NCBI GenBank assembly: GCA_002311285.1
Contig: DBZU01000072.1
Span: forward strand, 41,535 to 94,748
DNA: 53,214 nt
Direction of reading: 5' to 3'
DNA from: Dehalococcoidia bacterium UBA1152
Lineage (GTDB): Bacteria > Chloroflexota > Dehalococcoidia > Lucifugimonadales > UBA2962
The position numbers and the translations under genes are program-made. A model generated the notes under the pieces. It was not told the DNA's origin. It made no database searches and worked only from the letters and a program-made list of their open reading frames with translations. Below are positions 19,289 to 27,945 of this stretch, in pieces; position 1 is the first letter of the stretch; every line of letters starts with the position of its first letter.

Positions 19289-20755
19289 TTACTTCTTATA
19301 ACCTGCAGCATGTACTCCGGCTATCCTACCAAACACTGATCCATGCATTAGCCCGGCTGCTCTAAGGCTATTATGATAAAAAATTCCGCCAACTATCTCG
19401 CCTGCTGCATATAATCCAAAAATTGGTCTGTCTTCTGTATCTATTACTCGGGCATGCTCATCAATCTTTAGGCCGCCATATGTATAAGTTATGCTTCCAG
19501 TAACCCCATAGGCCAGAAATGGAGGTTTATCAATCTTTATAGCCCAATTACTTTTGCTTGGAACTATATTACCTGTAGATCTGCCGTCAAGAGTTCTAGG
19601 CAAATATTCAGCGTCTTGTGCCTCTGAGTTAAATCTATCAACTGTTGTGCACAATACTTCTGGATTAATACCCAATAGATTGGCTAATTCTTTCATAGAA
19701 TTGGCTTTGAAAGGAGTAGATCCACCATATCTGGGTTCTAGATGGCTTAGAGCACGTTGATCAAATATCTGAAAAGCTCGATTACGTTTCTGGGCTAATA
19801 TATCCGACCCAATTTGGACAAAAGTTTGCTCTGCGAACCCTGTGCCTTCATCAGTAAATCTATTGCCATCTAAATTAACCATAATGCCAAGGTTATAAGA
19901 CCGTCTCGGCATTGCGTCTGTCAGCGCTAAATCACCCATTTTTGGAGCCGACAGATCTATGGGAGTCCCGTGGCATCCAGTCCATTGACCATTTATAGCT
20001 GCACCTACGGCTAAAGCAACTCTATGGCCATCACCCGTATTGTAACGAGATCCCCTAACTTTAGCGTTTTCCCATTTTGTACCCAAATATTTAATTCGCA
20101 TTTCCGGATTAGCTTCAAATCCACCACATGCCAATACTACTGCCTTGCAACTTATGGAATTTAATCCTTCACGATCTTGCATGGTTATACCTTTAATTTG
20201 ACCAAATTCACCCATAATTAAAGACACCATTTTGGTCTCATAAAGGATAAGTGTAGATTGGTTATTAACGGCTTTTGTTAACATCCTTACTAAACCAGGC
20301 CCTGACTCATATGCTGATAACCCAACTTGATTTGGAATAACAGACGGGGCATTTTCAAGATTAACGTTGACTGGCAATTCCCACTGAACTCCGATCGAAT
20401 GCATCCAATCAATAGTTTCACGAGATTTCGATATTACAATGTTGGCAAGGTCCTTATCGGTATCTCCATATGTGGCTTCCATAAAATGGTTACGAAAATC
20501 CTCGGCTGTATATGGAGACATCTGAAAATCACCAACATCAGTGCCCTGGGGTAGCAGAGATTTAATATCGTCAATACCGTCGTGAGTAAACCTAAATCCT
20601 GCTCCGGTATATGGACAATTTCCACCTTGAAGGTTTTTCGGAGATTTCTCTAATACAAGAACCTTAGCATGTGATTCTGCTGCTGCTGCCGCTGCGCATA
20701 AAGCAGCATTTCCAGCTCCAACTACAACTACATCAAAGTTTATATCTTTGTCCAT
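19289..20755 (-). CDS. FAD-dependent oxidoreductase, fumarate reductase/succinate dehydrogenase flavoprotein-like (TcuA-like)
   Basis: 488 aa. Has an N-terminal dinucleotide fold (FDVVVVGAGNAALCAAAAAAE), GGNCPYTGAGFRF and a C-terminal AAGEIVGG motif. Confidence 0.8.
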   Translation of the reverse strand: MDKDINFDVVVVGAGNAALCAAAAAAESHAKVLVLEKSPKNLQGGNCPYTGAGFRFTHDGIDDIKSLLPQGTDVGDFQMSPYTAEDFRNHFMEATYGDTDKDLANIVISKSRETIDWMHSIGVQWELPVNVNLENAPSVIPNQVGLSAYESGPGLVRMLTKAVNNQSTLILYETKMVSLIMGEFGQIKGITMQDREGLNSISCKAVVLACGGFEANPEMRIKYLGTKWENAKVRGSRYNTGDGHRVALAVGAAINGQWTGCHGTPIDLSAPKMGDLALTDAMPRRSYNLGIMVNLDGNRFTDEGTGFAEQTFVQIGSDILAQKRNRAFQIFDQRALSHLEPRYGGSTPFKANSMKELANLLGINPEVLCTTVDRFNSEAQDAEYLPRTLDGRSTGNIVPSKSNWAIKIDKPPFLAYGVTGSITYTYGGLKIDEHARVIDTEDRPIFGLYAAGEIVGGIFYHNSLRAAGLMHGSVFGRIAGVHAAGYKK

Positions 20756-20967
20756 TTCTAACCTGTTTTTTCGAGTCAGTATAAATCAAGTCCCAATTAA
20801 ATTACGAATCTTTATTGCTTTTTTGTTCTAAATTGTTCAAATCCAAGGTTTTATTGGATGCAACATGAATATTAGACTATAGTAATAGCATGACTCTGAC
20901 CTTATTATTACCATCGTATATTTCAAAGAAAAGCTTTGAGTCGCCGGCATAGGAGGTGATAGCTGCT

Positions 20968-21258
20968 ATGTCATTTAAAAACAAGATTCGAAATGGGATA
21001 ATTTTGTTTACTGTGGCTACATTAGCCTATTCCATGACTACAAAAAAACGTCATGGACGTTTTTTAGGAGTCCCATACGATTGGAGGATTCCTTCCTTAG
21101 CAGACATCAGGAACCGTATTTGGAATAAAAATGATCCAAAACTTTTTAATAAAACAGTGTTTGGAGTGGGCTGGGCTCCGAATGCATACCAATTTTTGAA
21201 ACGACTTCAGTCATCTGAACTACCGTCCTCACAAGCGAAAAAGGATAATGAAATTTAG
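20968..21258 (+). CDS. Small membrane protein, DUF5808-like
   Basis: One TM helix followed by GVPYDWRIPS...FGVGWAPNAY. The ATG at 20968 is preceded by a GGAGGTG RBS. The ORF-track GTG at 20956 lies inside that RBS. Confidence 0.65.
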   Translation: MSFKNKIRNGIILFTVATLAYSMTTKKRHGRFLGVPYDWRIPSLADIRNRIWNKNDPKLFNKTVFGVGWAPNAYQFLKRLQSSELPSSQAKKDNEI

Positions 21259-21283
21259 GCATGATTCCTAAACTTCTTCATGT

Positions 21284-21354
21284 TGCCCGGTGGTGTAGTG
21301 GTAGCACAAAGGCCTTTGGAGCCTTTGACCCAGGTTCGAATCCTGGCCGGGCAG
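21284..21354 (+). tRNA. tRNA-Gln (anticodon UUG)
   Basis: Folded by hand into a cloverleaf. Acceptor TGCCCGG/CCGGGCA (U1-A72), D-stem GTGT/GCAC, anticodon stem AAGGC/GCCTT with loop CTTTGGA, T-arm CCAGG-TTCGAAT-CCTGG, discriminator G. No encoded CCA. Confidence 0.92.
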
Positions 21355-21366
21355 TACAATACCAAA

Positions 21367-22413
21367 ATGTTAACTGGTGAACCAACTCTCGACAGGTTGT
21401 TGAAAGCCACTTCACGAGCTTTCTACTTATCTTTACGCATACTGCCTCCAGAAATTAGAAAGCCAATATCCATAGCTTATTTAATGGCTAGAACAGCAGA
21501 CACCATAGCGGACACCCAAAATATAGAACTCCATGTCAAATTGAAATCATTAGAAGCGATTAAAATGGCCTTAAATAGTGGTGAATGTTTGATAAATCCT
21601 GACGACCTCTTTAGATCCGATGAAAAACCCCATTTATCTTTGCCAGAGTATCCCCTTCTATCATCAATTCCATTAACTTTACAAGCTATAGAAGTACTGG
21701 AGCCAAACAATTCAAGTCTTGTAAAAGAAGTGTTGGCCACACTAATCCAGGGAATGGAAATGGATCTCAAATGTTTTGGTAAAGCTATGTCAAAAAATAA
21801 AATTGCCTCTTTAAGAAATCCTGATGAAGTTGATCTATACACGTTTCTCGTAGCCGGCTGTGTTGGACCTTTTTGGACAGAAGTAACGTTTACTAATACT
21901 CCTGAGTTAAAAGATAGAGATATTAAAAACATTTCATCTCTTGGAGTTGATTTTGGTAAAGCACTTCAAATGACAAATATCTTACGTGATTGTCCTTCTG
22001 ACATACGAGCCGGTAAGTGTTATCTCGCAAAAAAAGAATTAGCAGACTTATGCTTGACTCCTGATGATTTGCTTAACAGGTCAGCATCGATAAAGGTAAA
22101 AAGGTTATTAATTAATCAAGTAAACAAAACTATAGATTTATATGATTCAGCAGAACAATACGTATTATCTATACCTCCAAATTGCAGAAGACTACGGCTC
22201 GCAGCATTGTGGCCACTTCTGATAGGGCTAGGTACTTTAGAAGCATTAGTACTTGAGAATTCGTGGATGCACTCAGAAAAACCTGCCAAGGTTTCAAGAT
22301 TGTGGGTTTACAAGATGATTATAAAATCATTGTTTATCGTGTCGTCGGATTACTCGATTAAATTTTGGATAAAACAGTTGCGAGCGTCAGTAGGAAAAGG
22401 GTTATTGATCTAA
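21367..22413 (+). CDS. Squalene/phytoene synthase family protein
   Basis: Has AFYLSLRILP, YLMARTADTIAD (DxxxD) and NILRDCPSDIRAGKCYL, the two Asp-rich regions of this family. I set the start at the ATG at 21367 because the first 29 codons of ORF 21280 are the tRNA-Gln gene. Confidence 0.8.
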   Translation: MLTGEPTLDRLLKATSRAFYLSLRILPPEIRKPISIAYLMARTADTIADTQNIELHVKLKSLEAIKMALNSGECLINPDDLFRSDEKPHLSLPEYPLLSSIPLTLQAIEVLEPNNSSLVKEVLATLIQGMEMDLKCFGKAMSKNKIASLRNPDEVDLYTFLVAGCVGPFWTEVTFTNTPELKDRDIKNISSLGVDFGKALQMTNILRDCPSDIRAGKCYLAKKELADLCLTPDDLLNRSASIKVKRLLINQVNKTIDLYDSAEQYVLSIPPNCRRLRLAALWPLLIGLGTLEALVLENSWMHSEKPAKVSRLWVYKMIIKSLFIVSSDYSIKFWIKQLRASVGKGLLI

Positions 22414-22493
22414 AACTTTCCAAAGACTGAATTTTGCTCAATAATTTACATCCCAGAAAGTTATTCAAGATGCTGTTTTGGAGCGAATAGAAT

Positions 22494-23549
22494 TTGTCAA
22501 AATCAGAACTATCAGGCAAAGTACAAACGGTACTTGGCGTCATAAATCCAGATGAGCTGGGCATAACTCTAATGCACGAACATTTGCTACTTGATATTAC
22601 TTGCTATTTTTACGAATCTGAATATGCGAGTGTTCGTTCATTTAAAGACATTCCTTTTAAACCTGAATTGACATCTAAATCATACGAATTGTATGTCCAT
22701 CATCTTGATGGAGGGCGTATGTATGATGAATCAGAAACAATTCAGGAGGTTACTGCATACAAAAATTCGGGCGGCAATTCACTAGTCGACACCACCAGCA
22801 TTGGCATTGGGAGAGATCCTCTGGGATTAGCTAGGATATCTAGAGCCACAAGCTTAAACATAATAATGGGTTCTTCATATTACGTTACAAATTCTCATCC
22901 TGAAAACATGGACCAAAAAACCGAGTCCCAAATTACAAACGAAATTATTGGTGATATCACTATAGGTGTTAAGGATACTAATATTAGGTCAGGAATAATT
23001 GGGGAAGTAGGCAATTTCTGGCCCTTGACTAAAAACGAAATAAAGGTTTTATTAGCCTCAGGTAAAGCCCAAAAGGAAACCGGTGCCCCGATAACAATAC
23101 ATTCGGGACTTGGAGATGATGCTCCAATGGGAATCCTAAATCATTTGATCCGAGGAGGTGCAAAGCCGACTAACTGCATACTAGGACATTTAGATACGGC
23201 GATTCAGTCAACATTACATTTCATTGAGCTTGCTAAAACTGGATGCTACTTGGAATTTGATATTTTTGGGTGGGAAAATACGGGTATGTTTATGGATGAT
23301 GTGATTAATATGCCAAATGATGGAGGCAGATTGGAGAAAATAATTTTTCTGATAGAGAATGGATTTGAGGATCAGATAGTGATTGCTCAAGATGTTTGTC
23401 GAAAATGGCATTTGTCTAGAAACGGCGGCAAAGGCTATGATCACATTTTAAACAATATTGTGCCTAGGATGGAAAAAATAGGTATATCAGAATCCCAAAT
23501 TAATAAACTTCTTGTAAAAAATCCTGCAAAAGCCCTGGCTTTTGAATAA
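22494..23549 (+). CDS. Phosphotriesterase-family metallohydrolase (PTE/PHP lactonase-like)
   Basis: 351 aa. Has GITLMHEHLLLD (HxH metal site) and TIM-barrel amidohydrolase-like sequence. The TTG start is forced by an in-frame TAG two codons upstream. Confidence 0.8.
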   Translation: MSKSELSGKVQTVLGVINPDELGITLMHEHLLLDITCYFYESEYASVRSFKDIPFKPELTSKSYELYVHHLDGGRMYDESETIQEVTAYKNSGGNSLVDTTSIGIGRDPLGLARISRATSLNIIMGSSYYVTNSHPENMDQKTESQITNEIIGDITIGVKDTNIRSGIIGEVGNFWPLTKNEIKVLLASGKAQKETGAPITIHSGLGDDAPMGILNHLIRGGAKPTNCILGHLDTAIQSTLHFIELAKTGCYLEFDIFGWENTGMFMDDVINMPNDGGRLEKIIFLIENGFEDQIVIAQDVCRKWHLSRNGGKGYDHILNNIVPRMEKIGISESQINKLLVKNPAKALAFE

Positions 23550-23582
23550 AATGTCCAATTACAGAACCGAAGGAGATTATTG

Positions 23583-24923
23583 ATGGCCAAAAGTACTAAA
23601 ACAATTGCTGATCTAGTTAGGGCTTGGAAATCAGATGGAATAGCCCACGTACAGTTTGAACTACCAGACATGCATGGTACAAGCAGATCAAAGTTAGTAC
23701 CAATTGATCATGTGGAAGGATATGCTCACAAAGGATTAAATATGTATGGAGGCACAGTAGTGCTCGATACAGCTTCATCGGTAGTGGCTAACACTTTATA
23801 CAACGAAGAAGTTAATTACGCGGACCAATATCTAATACCTGATCTAGAGACAGCAATAATCGTTCCATGGCTCGACCGCACAGCACGTTTGATATGTGAA
23901 GGTTCATGGGAAGATGGGTCGCCACAGAAAGCTGCTCCAAGATGGGTCTTACGACAACTTCTAAATAAAGCAGACTCCCTAGGATACGCTGTTAAACTAG
24001 GCCTTGAGTATGAATTCTATGCACTTTCCCCTGATACATCAGAACCTTATTTCGGTGGTCTTCATATTTTTAATACCTTGAGAAACCGATATATTCCTTT
24101 GATTGACCAAATAATGGATGAAATGCCTAAAGCAGGAATTGACTTGATCACAGCAAACTGCGAATATGCTCCGTCACAATTTGAAATCAATTTTGCTCCA
24201 ACTAATGGAATTGTAGCCGCTGATCAAGCATTCACTTTCAAAAATGGCGTCAAAACAATTGCGCATCAGATGGGTCAAAATGCGACTTTTATGACTAAAC
24301 CATTTAGCGACACTGCCGCGTCAGGCTGCCACGTACATATCGGCCTTATTAAAAAAGAAACAGGAGAAAATATATTTTTAGATAATTCTGATCATGATGG
24401 ATTATCCTCAATAGCTCGCCAATTCATACAAGGGATGATGGATCATACTCCCGCAAGCATGGCTTTATTAGCTCCAACTATAAATTGTTACAGTCGTTTT
24501 AAACCTCATACTTTCGCTCCTTCAAATATTAGCTGGGGGCCTCAAGATCGCTCCGCTGCTGTCAGGGCAAAAAACTCAAGAGATGACAACACTCATCTAG
24601 AAAATCGCCTGGGCACAGGCCTTTCAAATCCATATCTTGCAATAGCCGCCGTATTGGCTGCTGGTTTAATAGGAATTGAAAATGGCAAGGAAGCAAAAAC
24701 GCCGAAAGCAAAGAGCGGGCCTGCAGAGGAAAACCCAAATTATGCTAAGCTTCCCACGACCATTGAAGAATCTTTATTGGCCTTAGAGTCGGACAAAAAG
24801 TTTTCCTCACTTTTGGGTGAAGAATTTGTACAGGCATATATGACTATGCGATGGAATGAAGTGTATCGGTTCCGATCCCATATTACTGACTGGGAAAAAC
24901 AAGAGTATCTAGAAGTCTATTAA
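23583..24923 (+). CDS. Glutamine synthetase-family ligase (gamma-glutamylmethylamide synthetase GmaS / PuuA-like)
   Basis: About 446 aa. The GS catalytic domain is present (LGLEYEFY, NCEYAPSQFEINF, ASGCHVHIGL, NRLGTGLSNPYL). An AAGGAG RBS lies 8 nt before the ATG at 23583. It sits next to GlxBCD-like genes. Confidence 0.8.
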   Translation: MAKSTKTIADLVRAWKSDGIAHVQFELPDMHGTSRSKLVPIDHVEGYAHKGLNMYGGTVVLDTASSVVANTLYNEEVNYADQYLIPDLETAIIVPWLDRTARLICEGSWEDGSPQKAAPRWVLRQLLNKADSLGYAVKLGLEYEFYALSPDTSEPYFGGLHIFNTLRNRYIPLIDQIMDEMPKAGIDLITANCEYAPSQFEINFAPTNGIVAADQAFTFKNGVKTIAHQMGQNATFMTKPFSDTAASGCHVHIGLIKKETGENIFLDNSDHDGLSSIARQFIQGMMDHTPASMALLAPTINCYSRFKPHTFAPSNISWGPQDRSAAVRAKNSRDDNTHLENRLGTGLSNPYLAIAAVLAAGLIGIENGKEAKTPKAKSGPAEENPNYAKLPTTIEESLLALESDKKFSSLLGEEFVQAYMTMRWNEVYRFRSHITDWEKQEYLEVY

Positions 24924-24931
24924 CAGTCTGG

Positions 24932-26164
24932 CTATGCTTGAGATTTAAATAAAGTTTTATAAACCAACATCACAATAGTTGCATAAACTATTACAACTAT
25001 TGCGCCAACCCATGTGGATAAAGGAGCTCCATAGTTCTCAGCTAAATTGCCGGCAACTAAGCTGCCGAAGATTACAGTCCCCCAACTTGCCATAAATAAA
25101 CCGGCAATACGCCCTCTAAATTCTTCTGGGACAGATTGCTGTAACATGACACTAAGCAAAGTCTGTAGACCGGTGAACGCCATACCAATGAATAAGCATG
25201 CAATCGTGGCTACCAACATAGATTTAGACTGAGCAAGAATAATCAAGGAAAGTGTACCTAGCAGGCTTGAAAACACCAGGATTAAACCTGGACGTTTTAT
25301 GTTTCCAATTGATGCAAGTATTGTCGTGCCAACGATTGTACCCACTCCAATAGAAGATAACATTAACCCCAATTCTTTTGGCCCAAGATCAAAAACCTCA
25401 GCATTAAATACTGGCAAAAGATTGTTCCCAAACGGGATTAATACCATCGGTCCCAAAAAAGATAATAGTAGTAAACCTTGAACAACTGGAGTTTTTAATA
25501 CTATTTGTATTGAGCCTCCGAATCCGTATAGCATTGAACCGAATGTTAAATTTTCTGTAGGGTTTATGCGAGTTGTTATACGACTTGCCATTAATACCGC
25601 AATCATTTGAACCACGGCACCGGCAAAAACTGCGGCAGCCGGCCCGTACATCGAAATTAAAACCCCGCCTACACCTGGTCCTACTAATCTAGATATGCTA
25701 AATGCCAACTGAGTTAAAGCAAAGCCATTGATTAATTTTGATCTGTCGAGCATATCTGCAGTGATAGCCATTCTTGCTGGTTCGATCAAAATCCATGAAC
25801 ATCCCATAAGAAAAACAAAGGTCAAAATGTGCCATACTTCTATCTTGTCAAGATAAACTCCGATCCCAAAACCAACGCTAAGAATAAATTGGTAACATGG
25901 TCCAAAGATTAAAATTTTTTGTTTATTAAGACGGTCAACTAAAACTCCTCCCAGAGGAGCTCCAAAAAGATTAGGCAAAGTATCTAAAGCCAACGCCAAT
26001 GCAGTTATAAAAGCTGAGTTTGTTAGTTCATATGTGACCCATCCAATACAAACTTGTTGAAAAAAATAACCTCCACTAGTACCCATACTAGCAATCCAAA
26101 GTAAACGGAAATCTACTGAAGAAAAAGATTGGAATGTGCGGTTAGCAAAAGTAAATTTAAACAT
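24932..26164 (-). CDS. MFS transporter
   Basis: 410 aa with about 12 TM helices. Has the MFS loop motif GGVLVDRLNKQK. Confidence 0.8.
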   Translation of the reverse strand: MFKFTFANRTFQSFSSVDFRLLWIASMGTSGGYFFQQVCIGWVTYELTNSAFITALALALDTLPNLFGAPLGGVLVDRLNKQKILIFGPCYQFILSVGFGIGVYLDKIEVWHILTFVFLMGCSWILIEPARMAITADMLDRSKLINGFALTQLAFSISRLVGPGVGGVLISMYGPAAAVFAGAVVQMIAVLMASRITTRINPTENLTFGSMLYGFGGSIQIVLKTPVVQGLLLLSFLGPMVLIPFGNNLLPVFNAEVFDLGPKELGLMLSSIGVGTIVGTTILASIGNIKRPGLILVFSSLLGTLSLIILAQSKSMLVATIACLFIGMAFTGLQTLLSVMLQQSVPEEFRGRIAGLFMASWGTVIFGSLVAGNLAENYGAPLSTWVGAIVVIVYATIVMLVYKTLFKSQA

Positions 26165-26271
26165 AACAATAAAAAATCTATTTATTATAAAATTAAAGGT
26201 ATTCTTATTGTATTACAAGATCGATAATCGAAAATTTACAAACTAGTTGATAAATAAATAATGCTTAGCTA

Positions 26272-26300
26272 TTGACTCAATATATCCTCAGCCATAGACT
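26272..26300 (+). promoter_or_regulatory. Candidate sigma-70-type promoter (TTGACT-17 nt-TAGACT) upstream of the GlxB-like gene
   Basis: Read directly from the sequence. The -35 is at 26272-26277 and the -10 at 26295-26300, with a 17-nt spacer. It lies about 30 nt upstream of the ATG at 26330. Confidence 0.35.
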
Positions 26301-26329
26301 TCAATCTAGCAATATTCCCGGAGGTGTTT

Positions 26330-27262
26330 ATGTGTGGAATTGGCGGGTTTTTTTATAAAAACGGTGATACAGATGTGCCGCTAGGGACAAGACTATTTTC
26401 TATGGCATCTGTGTTAGGTAGCCGTGGACTTGATTCAACAGGCATGGCATTATATGGGGTTTTACCATCCAATCACATAGTGCTTCGTGTTCACCTAGAA
26501 TCAAATCAATTTAACGTTGACGCTGACCTCGAATCAATTATAGATAGTATGACATCTCGCTTACGTAAATTGTCATCAATATACGATGTCAACTACATTG
26601 GCAATATTCTGCGGATTGAACTAGATGGAATCGAGGACAATGCCAATATTGAATATATGTCAAAAATAACAGAAGCAATTGAAGAATCTGGTACCGAATT
26701 ATTTAGTATTGGTAAATCGATGGAAATAATTAAAGACGTAGGCCCTGCTATTCAATTAGAAGACTATGGAATACATGATTTCAAAGGATCGCACGGATTA
26801 ACCCATACCCGTTTGGCCACTGAAAGTCGTGTTGATATATGTTACTCACATCCTTTTTGGGCCAGGCCTTTTCCAGATATTGCTGTGGTGCACAACGGAC
26901 AATTAACTAACCACAATACATTGAGAAGGTCTCTGCAACGTAGAGGTTATCAATTTTCTACAACGAATGACTCAGAGGTAATAGCTGTCTTTATAGCAGA
27001 TCAATTATTGGCTGGCTTGACGCTCCAAGATTCATTAAAAGCATCGATTGAAGAATTAGATGGTACGTTTACCTATCTGATTTCCACTGAAGATGGAATC
27101 GGATTTGCTAAAGACCGATTCTCTACCAAGCCTTTGATAGTTGCAGAAAACAAAAGTTTCGTAGCCTTGGCGTCCGAAGAGGTCGCATTGAATTCGATGA
27201 TTTCCTCAGATACAGATCTATACGAACCTACAGCGAGCTCGGTGAAGACATGGCACCGGTAG
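26330..27262 (+). CDS. Class II glutamine amidotransferase, GlxB/MgsA-like (N-methylglutamate synthase subunit A candidate)
   Basis: Starts MCGIGGF. Class II (Ntn) amidotransferases need Cys right after the initiator Met, so the ATG at 26330 is the start, not the GTG at 26324. A GGAGGTG RBS lies upstream. Confidence 0.85.
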   Translation: MCGIGGFFYKNGDTDVPLGTRLFSMASVLGSRGLDSTGMALYGVLPSNHIVLRVHLESNQFNVDADLESIIDSMTSRLRKLSSIYDVNYIGNILRIELDGIEDNANIEYMSKITEAIEESGTELFSIGKSMEIIKDVGPAIQLEDYGIHDFKGSHGLTHTRLATESRVDICYSHPFWARPFPDIAVVHNGQLTNHNTLRRSLQRRGYQFSTTNDSEVIAVFIADQLLAGLTLQDSLKASIEELDGTFTYLISTEDGIGFAKDRFSTKPLIVAENKSFVALASEEVALNSMISSDTDLYEPTASSVKTWHR

Positions 27263-27945
27263 ATTGCAACGAACTTTCTACTCGGGAAATAAATCTTGCC
27301 ATCAAGGAAGGCTTAACTAACGACGGAGAAGTAATTGTCCAAAACACCAATTCACGACACAATCTAGGTGTAGGATTAGATCAACCTGGGCGTGTCGTTT
27401 TTGAAGGAAGTGTAGGTTACTACTGCGGCGGTATGTTAAAGCAATGTAATATCGAAATCCATGGTAACGCCGGTTGGTCGGTAGCCTCAGATATGCAATC
27501 AGGAACAGTCGTAGTGCACGGAAACTCAAGTGCTGCTGCAGGAGCTGCCATGAGAGGTGGATCTTTAATTGTCCATGGTAACTCAGGTCCACGCACTGGA
27601 ATATCTCAAAAAGGTGGAACTATTGTAATTGGTAAAAACGTTGATTATATGTCCGGCTTTGTTATGCAACGCGGCATAATGGTAGTCTGTGGCAACACAG
27701 GCCAAGCATTTGCAGACTCAGTCTATGAAGGCAATTTGTATGTACTTGGAACCGCAAATGATCTTGGTAATGACGCCATTATTACTGAGATTAATCAAGT
27801 AGATCAACAAAAAATCGATGAATTACTTTCGAAATTTAAAATCAAAAATATTCCTGACGATGCAATATTCAAAAAAATCGTTTCCGGTAAAAAACTTTAT
27901 AATTTTGACAAAAAGGATTTTAAATTATGGAGAGTTGCTCTATGA
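27250..27945 (+). CDS. GXGXG-repeat protein, glutamate synthase alpha C-terminal-domain-like (GlxC/MgsB-like)
   Basis: 231 aa with repeated beta-helix turns (VVFEGSVGYYCG, IEIHGNAGWS, VVVHGNSSAAAG, LIVHGNSGPRTG). Overlaps the upstream gene by 13 nt. Confidence 0.85.
   Translation: MAPVDCNELSTREINLAIKEGLTNDGEVIVQNTNSRHNLGVGLDQPGRVVFEGSVGYYCGGMLKQCNIEIHGNAGWSVASDMQSGTVVVHGNSSAAAGAAMRGGSLIVHGNSGPRTGISQKGGTIVIGKNVDYMSGFVMQRGIMVVCGNTGQAFADSVYEGNLYVLGTANDLGNDAIITEINQVDQQKIDELLSKFKIKNIPDDAIFKKIVSGKKLYNFDKKDFKLWRVAL

Noticed and set aside
21280-21366. N-terminal 29 codons of ORF 21280-22413 (MLPGGVVVAQRPLEPLTQVRILAGQYNTK)
   Set aside because: This stretch is the tRNA-Gln gene read as protein. The real CDS most likely starts at the ATG at 21367.
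21477-21932. 151-aa minus-strand ORF
   Set aside because: It is antisense inside the squalene/phytoene-synthase-like gene. It is a shadow ORF.
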